A DNA stretch of 64,000 nucleotides from a virus. The notes beneath the pieces are model-generated. The model was given only the letters and a program-made list of their open reading frames with translations. It was not told the DNA's origin and searched no databases. A program made the translations under genes and the position numbers. Of this stretch, positions 1 through 9,617 are shown piece by piece. The stretch's first letter is position 1; every line of letters starts with the position of its first letter. The stretch is from IMG/VR virus record IMGVR_UViG_3300028025_002503, positions 6,522 through 70,521 of that record; one strand, 5' to 3'.

Positions 1-579
1 ACTAAGATGGTTCCATACACAGTTGTAGAGTATTACGGAACACTTACAAACTTTGATTCTACAGGAGCAGGAACTGGTAATTGGGTTAATATTTATCTGT
101 GTAATGGTCAGAATGGTACACCAGATAAACGTGGTAGAGTTCCTGTTGGAGCAATTCAACTTGTTCCTGGAGGTGCTCTAAATGCTGCAGTTAACCCTGC
201 AACACCAGGTAATCCTAACTATGCTGTTCTTGATACAATGTATGGAGCTAATACAATTACACTTGATGCTACACAGATTCCTTCACATACGCACACTCCC
301 ACTGTCACAGATACACACTTCCACTACCAGTATGCTAATACTGTTAACACTACAGATATTGTTGTAGATTCAGTTAGTCAGGTTGCAAGAGCTCTTAATT
401 TAGCTTCTCCAACTGAATTGGAATATACTATGAACGCTAGCCCATTCCCTTCCACTGTTGGTAAAACTGGAGGCACTCAAGGAACAATTGCTGTTACTAA
501 TGCTAATACTGGTGGAGGATTGGCTCATAGTAATATTCAACCTACTCTTGCTTGTTACTATATTATGTACATCCCATAA
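1..579 (+). CDS. Tail-collar-domain fibre/baseplate-type protein, 5'-truncated by the window edge
   Basis: Frame is open from base 1. Motifs LCNGQNGTPDKRGRVPVG, TITLDATQIPSHTH and GGGLAHSNIQPTLACYYIM are typical of phage tail-collar proteins. Confidence 0.75.
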   Translation, partial: TKMVPYTVVEYYGTLTNFDSTGAGTGNWVNIYLCNGQNGTPDKRGRVPVGAIQLVPGGALNAAVNPATPGNPNYAVLDTMYGANTITLDATQIPSHTHTPTVTDTHFHYQYANTVNTTDIVVDSVSQVARALNLASPTELEYTMNASPFPSTVGKTGGTQGTIAVTNANTGGGLAHSNIQPTLACYYIMYIP

Positions 580-589
580 ACTTATTCAT

Positions 590-874
590 ATGTCGTGTGT
601 TCCTGGAATGCCTTGTTATGAGAATACAGTAACTGTGTACACTACGTATCCTTCTGGATGTGGTCCTGTTACAACAATTGGTTCTGATCATATTATATAC
701 ACAGGTCCAAACCTTCCTTGTTCAGGTGTTTCAAATAATGATTGTCTTACAACTGCTCTTCAAAAAATAGACACTAAGATTTGTCCTGCACAACTTGTAG
801 ACACAATCCTCACTGTACTAGAAACTGATGCAGTTGCTCGTGCTAGATTTTGTGCAATCGTGAGTGATTGTTAA
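590..874 (+). CDS. Small Cys-rich virion-associated protein (94 aa)
   Basis: ATG at 590, just after the upstream stop. Its YTGPNL..GVSNND...ALQKID motif recurs at the N-terminus of the 38148 fibre. Confidence 0.6.
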   Translation: MSCVPGMPCYENTVTVYTTYPSGCGPVTTIGSDHIIYTGPNLPCSGVSNNDCLTTALQKIDTKICPAQLVDTILTVLETDAVARARFCAIVSDC

Positions 875-917
875 AAATATTAAAAAACCCTGTTTTGTTG
901 GTTTTACAGGGTGGCTT

Positions 918-947
918 CCCCTGCCCTTTCTAGGGTGGGGGTTTTTT
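918..947 (+). terminator. Rho-independent terminator
   Basis: Stem CCCCTGCCCT/AGGGTGGGGG (two G-U pairs), loop TTCT, then T6. Confidence 0.8.
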
Positions 948-989
948 AATTATACCAGTTAACCAATATAACCACCCACGTTAAAATAA

Positions 990-1021
990 TTTGGTATATT
1001 TCAAATTTGTTCCTATCTTTA
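990..1021 (+). promoter_or_regulatory. Bacteroidota primary-sigma promoter (-33/-7)
   Basis: TTTG(990-993)-N20-TATCTTTA(1014-1021), one mismatch to TAnnTTTG, upstream of ATG 1048. Confidence 0.6.
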
Positions 1022-1047
1022 CCTCAATTTAACCAAAGTTTTTATAA

Positions 1048-2301
1048 ATGGCTGATAATCAATATCTTCTCAACCAGTTACAACAATTATTGAGTTGGAA
1101 AAAGAGCAAGAAGTTTTATGCAGAAAAGCTTGGAATAGGAGAAGAAGAAGTAGAGAGTCTGCTTAGAGAAATTAAAGAGTCAAAAGAAGCTATTAGAACT
1201 GAAGCAGAAACATCTGATTATATTGGTCTTCTTGAAGATGCTGTGGTTAAATATGAAGAAGATCTTGCTAGAGGTGTAGGAGAAGTGATTTTCAATTCTG
1301 CTGAAGAAATTAAATCTCTTGATGAGCTTATTGTAAAATCAAAGATTGATACAGAGAAGTGGGAAATAACTAAATATGTTCAGAACTATTGGGGAAATAG
1401 TAAAACTCCTCATTGGCAGGTTAAAGCTTGGATGGCTAAGAAATCCACTGAGCAACTATTCCAAGACTCATTCATTGAGTTTCTCAAAGAATACCAACCC
1501 ACATCTAAAGAAATACCAACTCCTAGACAAAACACTGAAAAGCCTTTAGCATCTTTAATTATTAATAAACAAGACTCTCATCTAAATAAGTTTGACATAG
1601 ATGGGAACAATAATATAAACAAAAGGTTCTCTAATATTCTACAGAAGGTGGAAGTTATTGTAGACCAAGCCAGTTTATCAAATCATGTAGACACAGTGTA
1701 TTATATCATTGGGTCTGATGAATTTAATAGCGAGTTCACAGGAACTACAACTAAAGGAACTCCACAACAGAACATTCTCACCTATCATGATTCTTTTGAG
1801 AAGATTTGTAATCATGAGATAGAAATGATCACAATGCTTCTTGAGAAAGCATTTAATGTAGATGTTATTTATGTAGCTGGAAACCATGATGAGTTTGTAG
1901 GATGGCATATGATCAATTGGTTAAATGCATACTTCAAAAGTAATCTGAGAGTTACATTTGATTGTTCTCCTAAATACAGAAAGTATATAAGTTATGGAGA
2001 AACAGCAATGATGTTCAATCATGGAGATGCTATGAAGCCTGCAAAGCTTGCTAGCATATTTCCAATAGAATATAGAGAAGAATGGTCAAACAACAAGAAC
2101 TTCTACATATTCACTGGAGACAAGCATCATGAAATAAGCATTGACTTTGGTGGAATTAAGTTTTATCAAATACCTGCCTTTTCAAATGCTAAGAGCTCTT
2201 GGGATGAGAAGAATGGTTACACGGGCGTAAGAGCTGAGGTTACAGGATTCCTTATAGACTTTGAACAAGGAATGACTAACATATTCAAACAATATTTATA
2301 A
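1048..2301 (+). CDS. Calcineurin-like metallophosphoesterase with N-terminal HTH-like region
   Basis: Metal-binding motifs DSH, GSD, GNHD, HGD and GDKHH in the canonical order. Confidence 0.8.
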   Translation: MADNQYLLNQLQQLLSWKKSKKFYAEKLGIGEEEVESLLREIKESKEAIRTEAETSDYIGLLEDAVVKYEEDLARGVGEVIFNSAEEIKSLDELIVKSKIDTEKWEITKYVQNYWGNSKTPHWQVKAWMAKKSTEQLFQDSFIEFLKEYQPTSKEIPTPRQNTEKPLASLIINKQDSHLNKFDIDGNNNINKRFSNILQKVEVIVDQASLSNHVDTVYYIIGSDEFNSEFTGTTTKGTPQQNILTYHDSFEKICNHEIEMITMLLEKAFNVDVIYVAGNHDEFVGWHMINWLNAYFKSNLRVTFDCSPKYRKYISYGETAMMFNHGDAMKPAKLASIFPIEYREEWSNNKNFYIFTGDKHHEISIDFGGIKFYQIPAFSNAKSSWDEKNGYTGVRAEVTGFLIDFEQGMTNIFKQYL

Positions 2302-3026
2302 TGTCAACTTTAAGAAAATTAGTTTCAGATGTACGTGGTATGCACAAGTTGCTTTCCACTGACTCTCTCATTACTGACAGGGTGATAGCATCTGAAGTTA
2401 AAAATAATTCACTTCTTCTTATCAAGAGAGAAACTAATCTCAGAAAGCTCTGGGCTACGGACACTCTTTTTACAACATTGCCATGTCTTGAAATGATACA
2501 AGTTCCTATTTCAGAATGTTGTGATTATGTAGATCCTTGTTCAGTTTCAAGAAGTAGGTATAAACTGCCTCGTATATCTGAAGGAAACTATCAATATATT
2601 ATTCAGGGTGTTTATTCTATAAACGCAATGAGTGGTCAAGGAAAGAAACTCAAAGAGATTACAATCAATAGATATATAAATCTCCTGAAGCTTCCTATCA
2701 TCAAGAATGAAGAATACTATTGGATTCAGAATGGTTATCTATATGTAAACAATCAATATCTGAGAGCAATCAGAATATCTGCATTGTTTGAAACAGATGT
2801 TCCAAATGAGCTTCTTTATCCAGAATGTTGTTGCGGTGAGGACATTATTGTAGAAGACTTCTGCAAGAACCCCCTTGACAAACCATATGGTCTTCCTGGA
2901 TATTTACAATCACAAGTGCTAGAGCTCACTACCAAAAAACTATTGTCTACTTATTTCTCAATTAAAACAGATCTTGCAGATGATGGTTTGGACGGACAAG
3001 CTCCAAACGTTAAACCAACTAGTTAA
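2301..3026 (+). CDS. Putative crAss-like tail ring/structural protein
   Basis: 241 aa, TAATG-coupled, immediately before the IHF-like/tail-tube/muzzle block. Assignment is mainly by synteny. Confidence 0.5.
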   Translation: MSTLRKLVSDVRGMHKLLSTDSLITDRVIASEVKNNSLLLIKRETNLRKLWATDTLFTTLPCLEMIQVPISECCDYVDPCSVSRSRYKLPRISEGNYQYIIQGVYSINAMSGQGKKLKEITINRYINLLKLPIIKNEEYYWIQNGYLYVNNQYLRAIRISALFETDVPNELLYPECCCGEDIIVEDFCKNPLDKPYGLPGYLQSQVLELTTKKLLSTYFSIKTDLADDGLDGQAPNVKPTS

Positions 3027-3499
3027 TGAGGACAAAGATAGACTGGAGGTCAGCAAGCAAAGAAAACTACAATAACTTCTGCAAGAAGCATCCAGAGATC
3101 AAACTAAGTTTTGATGATTGGAAAGATATAATATACACATTTAACGAAGCATTTAGAAATTACATTCTTGAGACAGGAAATAGAGAAAAGCTCCCATATG
3201 GATTTGGAGAGTTCTCTATTGTAAAGAAGAAAAGAAGAAAGAAAAAAGGACTCAATGATGAGTTTGTTAATCTTCCTGTAGACTGGCAAAAGACAAAAGC
3301 TAAAGGAAAAATCATCTACAATTTCAACTACCACACAGAAGGATACTTTTTTGGATGGATGTGGTTCAAAGAAACAGTGAGAATTAAAGGTACAGACTTT
3401 TGGTATTTTAAACCATCAAGAGTTACATCAAGAATGCTTGCGCACTACATCAAAGCTGATGAAAAATATCAGCACATCTATAGAGAATGGCAAAAATAA
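3026..3499 (+). CDS. IHF/HU-like DNA-binding protein of the crAss-like conserved block
   Basis: Helical N-terminus followed by LPYGFGEFSIVKKKR (HU/IHF-like GFGxF strand); position matches crAss gene order. Confidence 0.6.
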   Translation: MRTKIDWRSASKENYNNFCKKHPEIKLSFDDWKDIIYTFNEAFRNYILETGNREKLPYGFGEFSIVKKKRRKKKGLNDEFVNLPVDWQKTKAKGKIIYNFNYHTEGYFFGWMWFKETVRIKGTDFWYFKPSRVTSRMLAHYIKADEKYQHIYREWQK

Positions 3500-3503
3500 A
3501 CAA

Positions 3504-4436
3504 ATGAGCTACTATTACAAATATAACTTCGTAAGTCCTGAACCTGTTTTCTCTATCATTAAAGAGGAACTTAAATCCTATTTTGATACAGGAGCAGTAG
3601 ATGATTTGTTGTTTCCTACATACACAGATAAATGTCTTAGAAAACTTGGAAGATCATCATATGAAATTCAAGAAACCTATCTTGATGTAGAAGATTTTCA
3701 AGCAAGGCTCCCAGATAACTTTTTTGCTGTAAGAGAAGCATGGATGTGTACATCTGTAGATGCACGACCATACCAATCAGCAAACTCTTTTTATTCTCAA
3801 GCTGCATCAGAGACAACAATTCAAGTGAGTCCTGTTATATCTGGAGGAACTCCATGTAATAATGCAGGATGTACAGATCCTCAATGTGATGGTCACAGTT
3901 GCCTACCCTTGTTAATTCAAGCTGTCTACAAAACAAACAATGCAATTAATCGTTCTGTACAAAGGCAATATCTACTTAAACCAGGAAACATTTCTGTAAA
4001 AGCACATTGTTCTTTGGATTGTGCAAATCTTGGTAGTTCTTCTGCTGATAGCTTTGACATTAGGGATAACAAGTTTGTTACAAACTTTAGGAATGGTGTT
4101 GTTCATTTGGTGTTCTATGCATACGAATATGACAATGCTGGCAATCAAATGATTCCAGATAACTATCGTATTAGAGAATTCATCGAAGCATTTATTAAAT
4201 ATAAAGTGTTTGAAACTCTGACAAATCAGATTAACGATGAGACATTTAACCAGATTCAACAGAAGATGGTTAACTATAAACAACTTGCTGATGAGGCATT
4301 CATCATGGCTGATATTGAAGTTAAGAAGCAAGATGTATATGCTAAACAAAGAAGAATAGTTCAAGATTTGAACAGGTTCAATATGTACGAGTTACCTAAT
4401 AGAACTAACAGGTACGGTTGGAGAAGAAACGGATAA
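3504..4436 (+). CDS. Putative tail tubular/ring protein (P22 gp4-like adaptor)
   Basis: ATG 3504. LPDNF and IPDN..IREFIEAFIKYK segments; located between the IHF-like and muzzle genes. Confidence 0.55.
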   Translation: MSYYYKYNFVSPEPVFSIIKEELKSYFDTGAVDDLLFPTYTDKCLRKLGRSSYEIQETYLDVEDFQARLPDNFFAVREAWMCTSVDARPYQSANSFYSQAASETTIQVSPVISGGTPCNNAGCTDPQCDGHSCLPLLIQAVYKTNNAINRSVQRQYLLKPGNISVKAHCSLDCANLGSSSADSFDIRDNKFVTNFRNGVVHLVFYAYEYDNAGNQMIPDNYRIREFIEAFIKYKVFETLTNQINDETFNQIQQKMVNYKQLADEAFIMADIEVKKQDVYAKQRRIVQDLNRFNMYELPNRTNRYGWRRNG

Positions 4437-4451
4437 CTTATATAAATTACA

Positions 4452-7400
4452 ATGGCTGATCAACAACAATCAAATATAATTCAGGAGAACAATGTTGCTC
4501 GAACTGGACTCAATATGGACCAAACGGTCAATCAAATTGAGAAAGGTAAACTTACGTATGCCCTGAATGCTGCTGTAGAAAACTTTGATGCTAGCTCTGT
4601 TAACTATCAGAATGAGCCAGGTAATGAACTATGTCTGAACTTTCCCCAAGAGTATCATTTAATTGGTACACACCATATTGTTGAACAAGCCAAACATATA
4701 TTCTTTCTCACCAATCCTAACACAGGAGCTTCTGAGATTGGGTATATGGATAATAACGATTGTGTTTACAAAACACTAATCAGCGCATTATGTCTTAATT
4801 TTAACATCAACCATCCAATCCACAAGTCTGTACACAAGATAACTAATTGCTCTACAGAAGTGTATTGGACAGATGGATTTAATTCTAGGAGATATATCGA
4901 TCTTGATAATCTACCTTACAAAATTCAACCAGGCACTGATGTTTGTGAAAATCAAACAACCACTGAAATAGATTGTAACAAACTAAACATTCAGCCAGAC
5001 TTTAATATTCCTGAGCTTGAAGTTGTAGATGTTATCAATGGAGGAAATCTAATTGCAGGAACATATCAGTTTGCTATTCAATATTGTGATGCTAGTGGTG
5101 GTGCTTATACATCCTATTATTCTGTAACCAATCCTACACCAATTGCAAATCCTCAGTTTACCACTGCTGATTTTAACTATCCTGTAGGAAGGTCTATTGT
5201 ATTGAACATTAGTAATATAGATGTAACTGGTTACTACCAATATTACAACCTTGCAGTGATAAAAACTGTAAACGCTATTACATCTGTTGAGCTTGTCGGA
5301 ACATATTTCATAGATGATTCTAGTAATCAAATAACATACACTGGTCAGAACGTAACACAAATCAGACTGACAATTAATGATATATTTGAGAAGTTTCCAT
5401 ATTACGAGATTGCACAAGACTTAACAGCTGTTCAAGATGTTCTTGTTTGGGACAATCTTACATCTGTAGATAGAACAAACTATCAACAGATTGCTAATCA
5501 AATAGATCTTAAATGGCAAACTTATAAACTCCCTGCAAATGAAGATTATGCAGATGAGTTAAATGCAACCAATCTCAGAGGCTATCTCAGAGATGAAGTG
5601 TATGCATTTGAAATTGTGTTCCTGCTTAGGAACGGTAAACAGACAGATGGTTTTCATATTCCTGGTAGAGAAATATCTTTCACTGAGCTTATTCAACCAG
5701 AGGTGCATAGTACCAATCCTGACTTTATTGGAGAAGGTACAAGTGCTCCTTATTGGAAAATATACAACACAGCTTCTGTAATTGGACCAGCTATAGGAGA
5801 TAATATTGGAAATGCTACACCATACCAATATGGTGAATTTGCATATTGGGAATCTACAGAAGTTTATCCATGTAATGAGAATGTTTGGGGCACTCTTGCG
5901 AACCAACCTATTAGACATCATAAGTTTCCTGATGTTCTTGTAAGTCCTATATTTGAAAGTGGTACACCTACAATTGAACTTAATGGCACATACAGCCAAC
6001 TAAAAATTGAAGATAGGGCTATATTCCCAATAGGTGTTAGAGTGGACGCACAACAAATTGCGCAGTTTATTTCTACATCTAGTTTGACACAAGATCAGAA
6101 AGATGCAATTGTTGGATTTAAGATTGTTCGTGGTGACAGGAATACAAACAAGTCTATTGTAGCAAAAGGTATTCTTAGGAACGTAGGTAAGTATACACGA
6201 GAGGAAACAGATTACTATTTTCCCAACTATCCATATAACGACCTAAGAGAAGACCCATTTCTTCTTCAGAAGAACAATGCATACAATCAAGAATGTATTA
6301 CGTGGGTGTTTACGTGTGCTACAGATGGTCTTTTTGAATATACAGATTGTTATGTAAATAATACGGTGAGTGAAACAATGATTGCTGGAAGAGAGTATAC
6401 AGTTTGTTCTCTCGTTAGACCTGTTGCTGTTTCTGGAACATTTACAGGAACGCCAAATTCAGTTCAATATGATACATGGTTTATTAAATGTGATGGTATT
6501 ATTGTTAAGTTTGGTTATGTTGATCCTATTACATTAGATACAGAATACATAACTCTAATCACTGCTCAATCTAGAACAATACAAGTTGAAGTTGGAACTG
6601 AACCAACTGTATCTTTTCGTATTGGTGGATACACTAGAACACTTGTAGCTGTAAGTGGTGATGGACCAAATGAGTTTTGTTATCCTGATAACCTTGACGC
6701 ATTTAATAATGACGAATCTGCATATCGACATGTGTTCAATTCTCCAGAGACATCATTTGGACAACCGTTCCTTGGAAACATATTAAAGCTTGAAAATGCA
6801 ATTTATGGTAAAGGAGATGCGCATTTTGTACAAGTTAGAAAGAATGCAACTTATAAATTAATAACTAAGCAGGCACAACAAGATGCCTTGTCATCTAGTG
6901 AGGCAATTGCTGATATTACAGGTACATTTGATTCAGGAGCGATGTTCACTGCATATCAAACATATCTACAGATATACATCAATGGCATCACTAGAAGGAA
7001 TTATGCCTATTCATATAATTCCATAGCTGATTATGATTATTCAGCTAACATTAATAATAACTTAGGAGTTAAACAAAGAACTCTTGATATATCACAATAC
7101 CTTATTCCTGGAGTTCAATCTGCAGGAGATAACTACAATATAAATAACTTTGAAAGAGAATCATCTGTTTATTTGAGAACAGATGAAGATAAGACAGCTC
7201 TCCCTTTCCCAAGTAAAACTCCAAACTTACTCACACCAACTGGAGACAGTGCTATTGAAGATAAGTCTAGGTATGTTGCTTCTAACACTCCAGAAACTGA
7301 CAACTGTTCAAAACCTGAGAATGTTTTTGGAATCACAACTGTTTGTTACTACGGATCAATAAAGAATGTATTCATTAATCAGTGGGGACAAATTTATTCT

Positions 7401-9368
7401 TACGAAACTATTGATACAGGATTCCAAAGGATGTTGAATTCAAATACAGATCCTACACAAACATTATTTGGTGGTGACACATTTATTAACAAGTTCTCTT
7501 TTAAAACTAAACTTCCATTCTTTATTGACAATAGGGTGGGGGCTCCTGATGATTCAGATGTGTTCTATGATGAAATAGGTAATGTTGCCTATCCAGAATA
7601 CTGGCATTCATCTAGATCTATTCTTTATGATTATCCTGCAAGTTCTACACCATCTCCTATAACATTCAAGAATATAATATCAATCAAGGCTCATTACTTT
7701 GATTGTCCAAATAGTCAACTACCTGCTCCTCCAGAACCTAATCCTGGAAGGACATATTATGATGGTAAGTTCTATTTGTTTGCTTATGGTATTCCTACAT
7801 TTTACTGTGAGTCGACAGTGAATGTAGACCTTAGGCAAGCATTTAATAATAGGGAGGGTGAATTCTACCCACACGTGAGCACAGGTATTCCTGATGAATG
7901 GTTGCAGGAAAGCTTTGTAACTATTGCTCAAGACAATACATATTATTACAATCCAACGTTCTCTAAACAGAACAAGGAGAACTTTTTTTCTCATCTTCCT
8001 ATTAATTGGACTGAGGACGTGTGTTTGACAAACTATCCATTTAGAGCAATCTATTCAGATAGACAAGAGAATTATGTTGACAGTGATGCAAACAATTGGC
8101 TCATCTACAGACCAGTATCATCATTTGACTTTCCACAGAACTACGGAAAACTTACTTCTCTTGATGGTATTCAGAATAGAGCTGTACTTGCTAGATTTGA
8201 AAACAAGAGCTTGTTGTACAACACAATGTTGACAATTAATACAAGCAATCCTCAAGCTGCTTATTTAGGAAATGATTCATTGTTTAGGAGTGCTCCTCCA
8301 ATTGATTTTGCAGAAACAGATCTAGGATATGTAGGAAGCCAGAACAAGATGCTTCTAAAGATACCACAAGGACAAATAACTGTAGATGCTAAAAGAGGAC
8401 AAGTGTTCTTGATAACAGGTAACCAAGCTATGGATTTAACAGCATTTGGTTCTGGAGTGAACAGGTTCTTTACAGACCATTTGGCTTTTGAGATTCTTAG
8501 ATATTTCCCCACTGTAAACACAGACAATCATTTCAATGGAGTTGGTTTACATGGCGTTTATGACAGTAAGTATGATAGGGTTATTATATCTAAACTAGAT
8601 TATATTCCTCTGTCAAATAATATTAAATATGATGCTGCTCTACAGAAGTTCTATATAAATGAGCTTTTTGGTAACATCACTGTAAAAACATTTGTTGATC
8701 TCACCGATGTTACTTATTTTTGTAACAAGTCTTGGACACTGTCCTATAACGTAAATACACAAAGCTGGGTAAGTTTCCACAGTTACATTCCCAATTGGTA
8801 CATCGCTGAGAACAACTTCTTCTATTCTGGATTAAATGACAGTTGCGACCTTGAAGCAATTGCTGCTGAAGAAGTTCCAGTTGTTTATGATTGTACTCTT
8901 GCTGGAGAAATAGATGTTCTTAATTGCAATCTTGCTGGAACTATTGTTCCTCTAGTAGAATTCACTGTAGGAGCTCCTTCAGGTGTATTTAGTGCCAATT
9001 GTCCTGATAGTTTAATTGGATGGTCAGTTGACACATGGTTTGAGGTTAATGGAACTATATATTCTTTTGGAAGTACAGAAACATTTAATCTTCCACACGG
9101 AACAGTTGTTACAATAAAATCTATAGTGAAGGATGATTACTACATCTACAACCCAGGAGCTAGTTTCCAATACTGTGCTAAACAGTATGAACCGTACATT
9201 GATGCAACGATTAATAGTGTAACAACTACATACACAGATCAAATAATAAATCAAGGACTTACAGAAGGAACAGGTACACCTAGTCCTGCAATAGTAACTT
9301 ATACATTTACATTAACATATGGCAACACATATGCTTTCATAGCTTATGTAACTGACGTAACTCCATAA
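4452..9368 (+). CDS. Tail stabilization/muzzle protein (P22 gp10-like), N-terminal part with a variable C-terminal extension
   Basis: GLNMD..YALNA..NEPGN start, YWTDGFN, GTYQFAIQY, GYLRDEVYAF, FGGDTFI and SWTLSY..WVSFHSYIP motifs as recalled for crAss-like muzzle proteins. Confidence 0.75.
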   Translation: MADQQQSNIIQENNVARTGLNMDQTVNQIEKGKLTYALNAAVENFDASSVNYQNEPGNELCLNFPQEYHLIGTHHIVEQAKHIFFLTNPNTGASEIGYMDNNDCVYKTLISALCLNFNINHPIHKSVHKITNCSTEVYWTDGFNSRRYIDLDNLPYKIQPGTDVCENQTTTEIDCNKLNIQPDFNIPELEVVDVINGGNLIAGTYQFAIQYCDASGGAYTSYYSVTNPTPIANPQFTTADFNYPVGRSIVLNISNIDVTGYYQYYNLAVIKTVNAITSVELVGTYFIDDSSNQITYTGQNVTQIRLTINDIFEKFPYYEIAQDLTAVQDVLVWDNLTSVDRTNYQQIANQIDLKWQTYKLPANEDYADELNATNLRGYLRDEVYAFEIVFLLRNGKQTDGFHIPGREISFTELIQPEVHSTNPDFIGEGTSAPYWKIYNTASVIGPAIGDNIGNATPYQYGEFAYWESTEVYPCNENVWGTLANQPIRHHKFPDVLVSPIFESGTPTIELNGTYSQLKIEDRAIFPIGVRVDAQQIAQFISTSSLTQDQKDAIVGFKIVRGDRNTNKSIVAKGILRNVGKYTREETDYYFPNYPYNDLREDPFLLQKNNAYNQECITWVFTCATDGLFEYTDCYVNNTVSETMIAGREYTVCSLVRPVAVSGTFTGTPNSVQYDTWFIKCDGIIVKFGYVDPITLDTEYITLITAQSRTIQVEVGTEPTVSFRIGGYTRTLVAVSGDGPNEFCYPDNLDAFNNDESAYRHVFNSPETSFGQPFLGNILKLENAIYGKGDAHFVQVRKNATYKLITKQAQQDALSSSEAIADITGTFDSGAMFTAYQTYLQIYINGITRRNYAYSYNSIADYDYSANINNNLGVKQRTLDISQYLIPGVQSAGDNYNINNFERESSVYLRTDEDKTALPFPSKTPNLLTPTGDSAIEDKSRYVASNTPETDNCSKPENVFGITTVCYYGSIKNVFINQWGQIYSYETIDTGFQRMLNSNTDPTQTLFGGDTFINKFSFKTKLPFFIDNRVGAPDDSDVFYDEIGNVAYPEYWHSSRSILYDYPASSTPSPITFKNIISIKAHYFDCPNSQLPAPPEPNPGRTYYDGKFYLFAYGIPTFYCESTVNVDLRQAFNNREGEFYPHVSTGIPDEWLQESFVTIAQDNTYYYNPTFSKQNKENFFSHLPINWTEDVCLTNYPFRAIYSDRQENYVDSDANNWLIYRPVSSFDFPQNYGKLTSLDGIQNRAVLARFENKSLLYNTMLTINTSNPQAAYLGNDSLFRSAPPIDFAETDLGYVGSQNKMLLKIPQGQITVDAKRGQVFLITGNQAMDLTAFGSGVNRFFTDHLAFEILRYFPTVNTDNHFNGVGLHGVYDSKYDRVIISKLDYIPLSNNIKYDAALQKFYINELFGNITVKTFVDLTDVTYFCNKSWTLSYNVNTQSWVSFHSYIPNWYIAENNFFYSGLNDSCDLEAIAAEEVPVVYDCTLAGEIDVLNCNLAGTIVPLVEFTVGAPSGVFSANCPDSLIGWSVDTWFEVNGTIYSFGSTETFNLPHGTVVTIKSIVKDDYYIYNPGASFQYCAKQYEPYIDATINSVTTTYTDQIINQGLTEGTGTPSPAIVTYTFTLTYGNTYAFIAYVTDVTP

Positions 9369-9379
9369 AATAAAATCAC

Positions 9380-9607
9380 ATGGCAATTTCAGCAAACATA
9401 ACATTAACAACAGCAGGAGCAGATACAGGTCCTTTTAATTTGTATACAAACATAGATGGATATGTAACTCCTTTTCAAACAGGAATTAGTAAATCAGCTT
9501 TGCAAGCTGGTTATTTATCAACAGTTATTCCTGATACTACCACTATTGTTAGAGTTAAATCGACAAGTTTGTTTTGTACAAATTACATTGATTTATCACT
9601 ACCGTAA
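9380..9607 (+). CDS. Small beta-rich virion protein, paralogous to the N-terminus of the next gene
   Basis: 75 aa; aligns by eye with aa 1-63 of the 9618 ORF. Confidence 0.65.
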   Translation: MAISANITLTTAGADTGPFNLYTNIDGYVTPFQTGISKSALQAGYLSTVIPDTTTIVRVKSTSLFCTNYIDLSLP

Positions 9608-9617
9608 ATAAACAACT

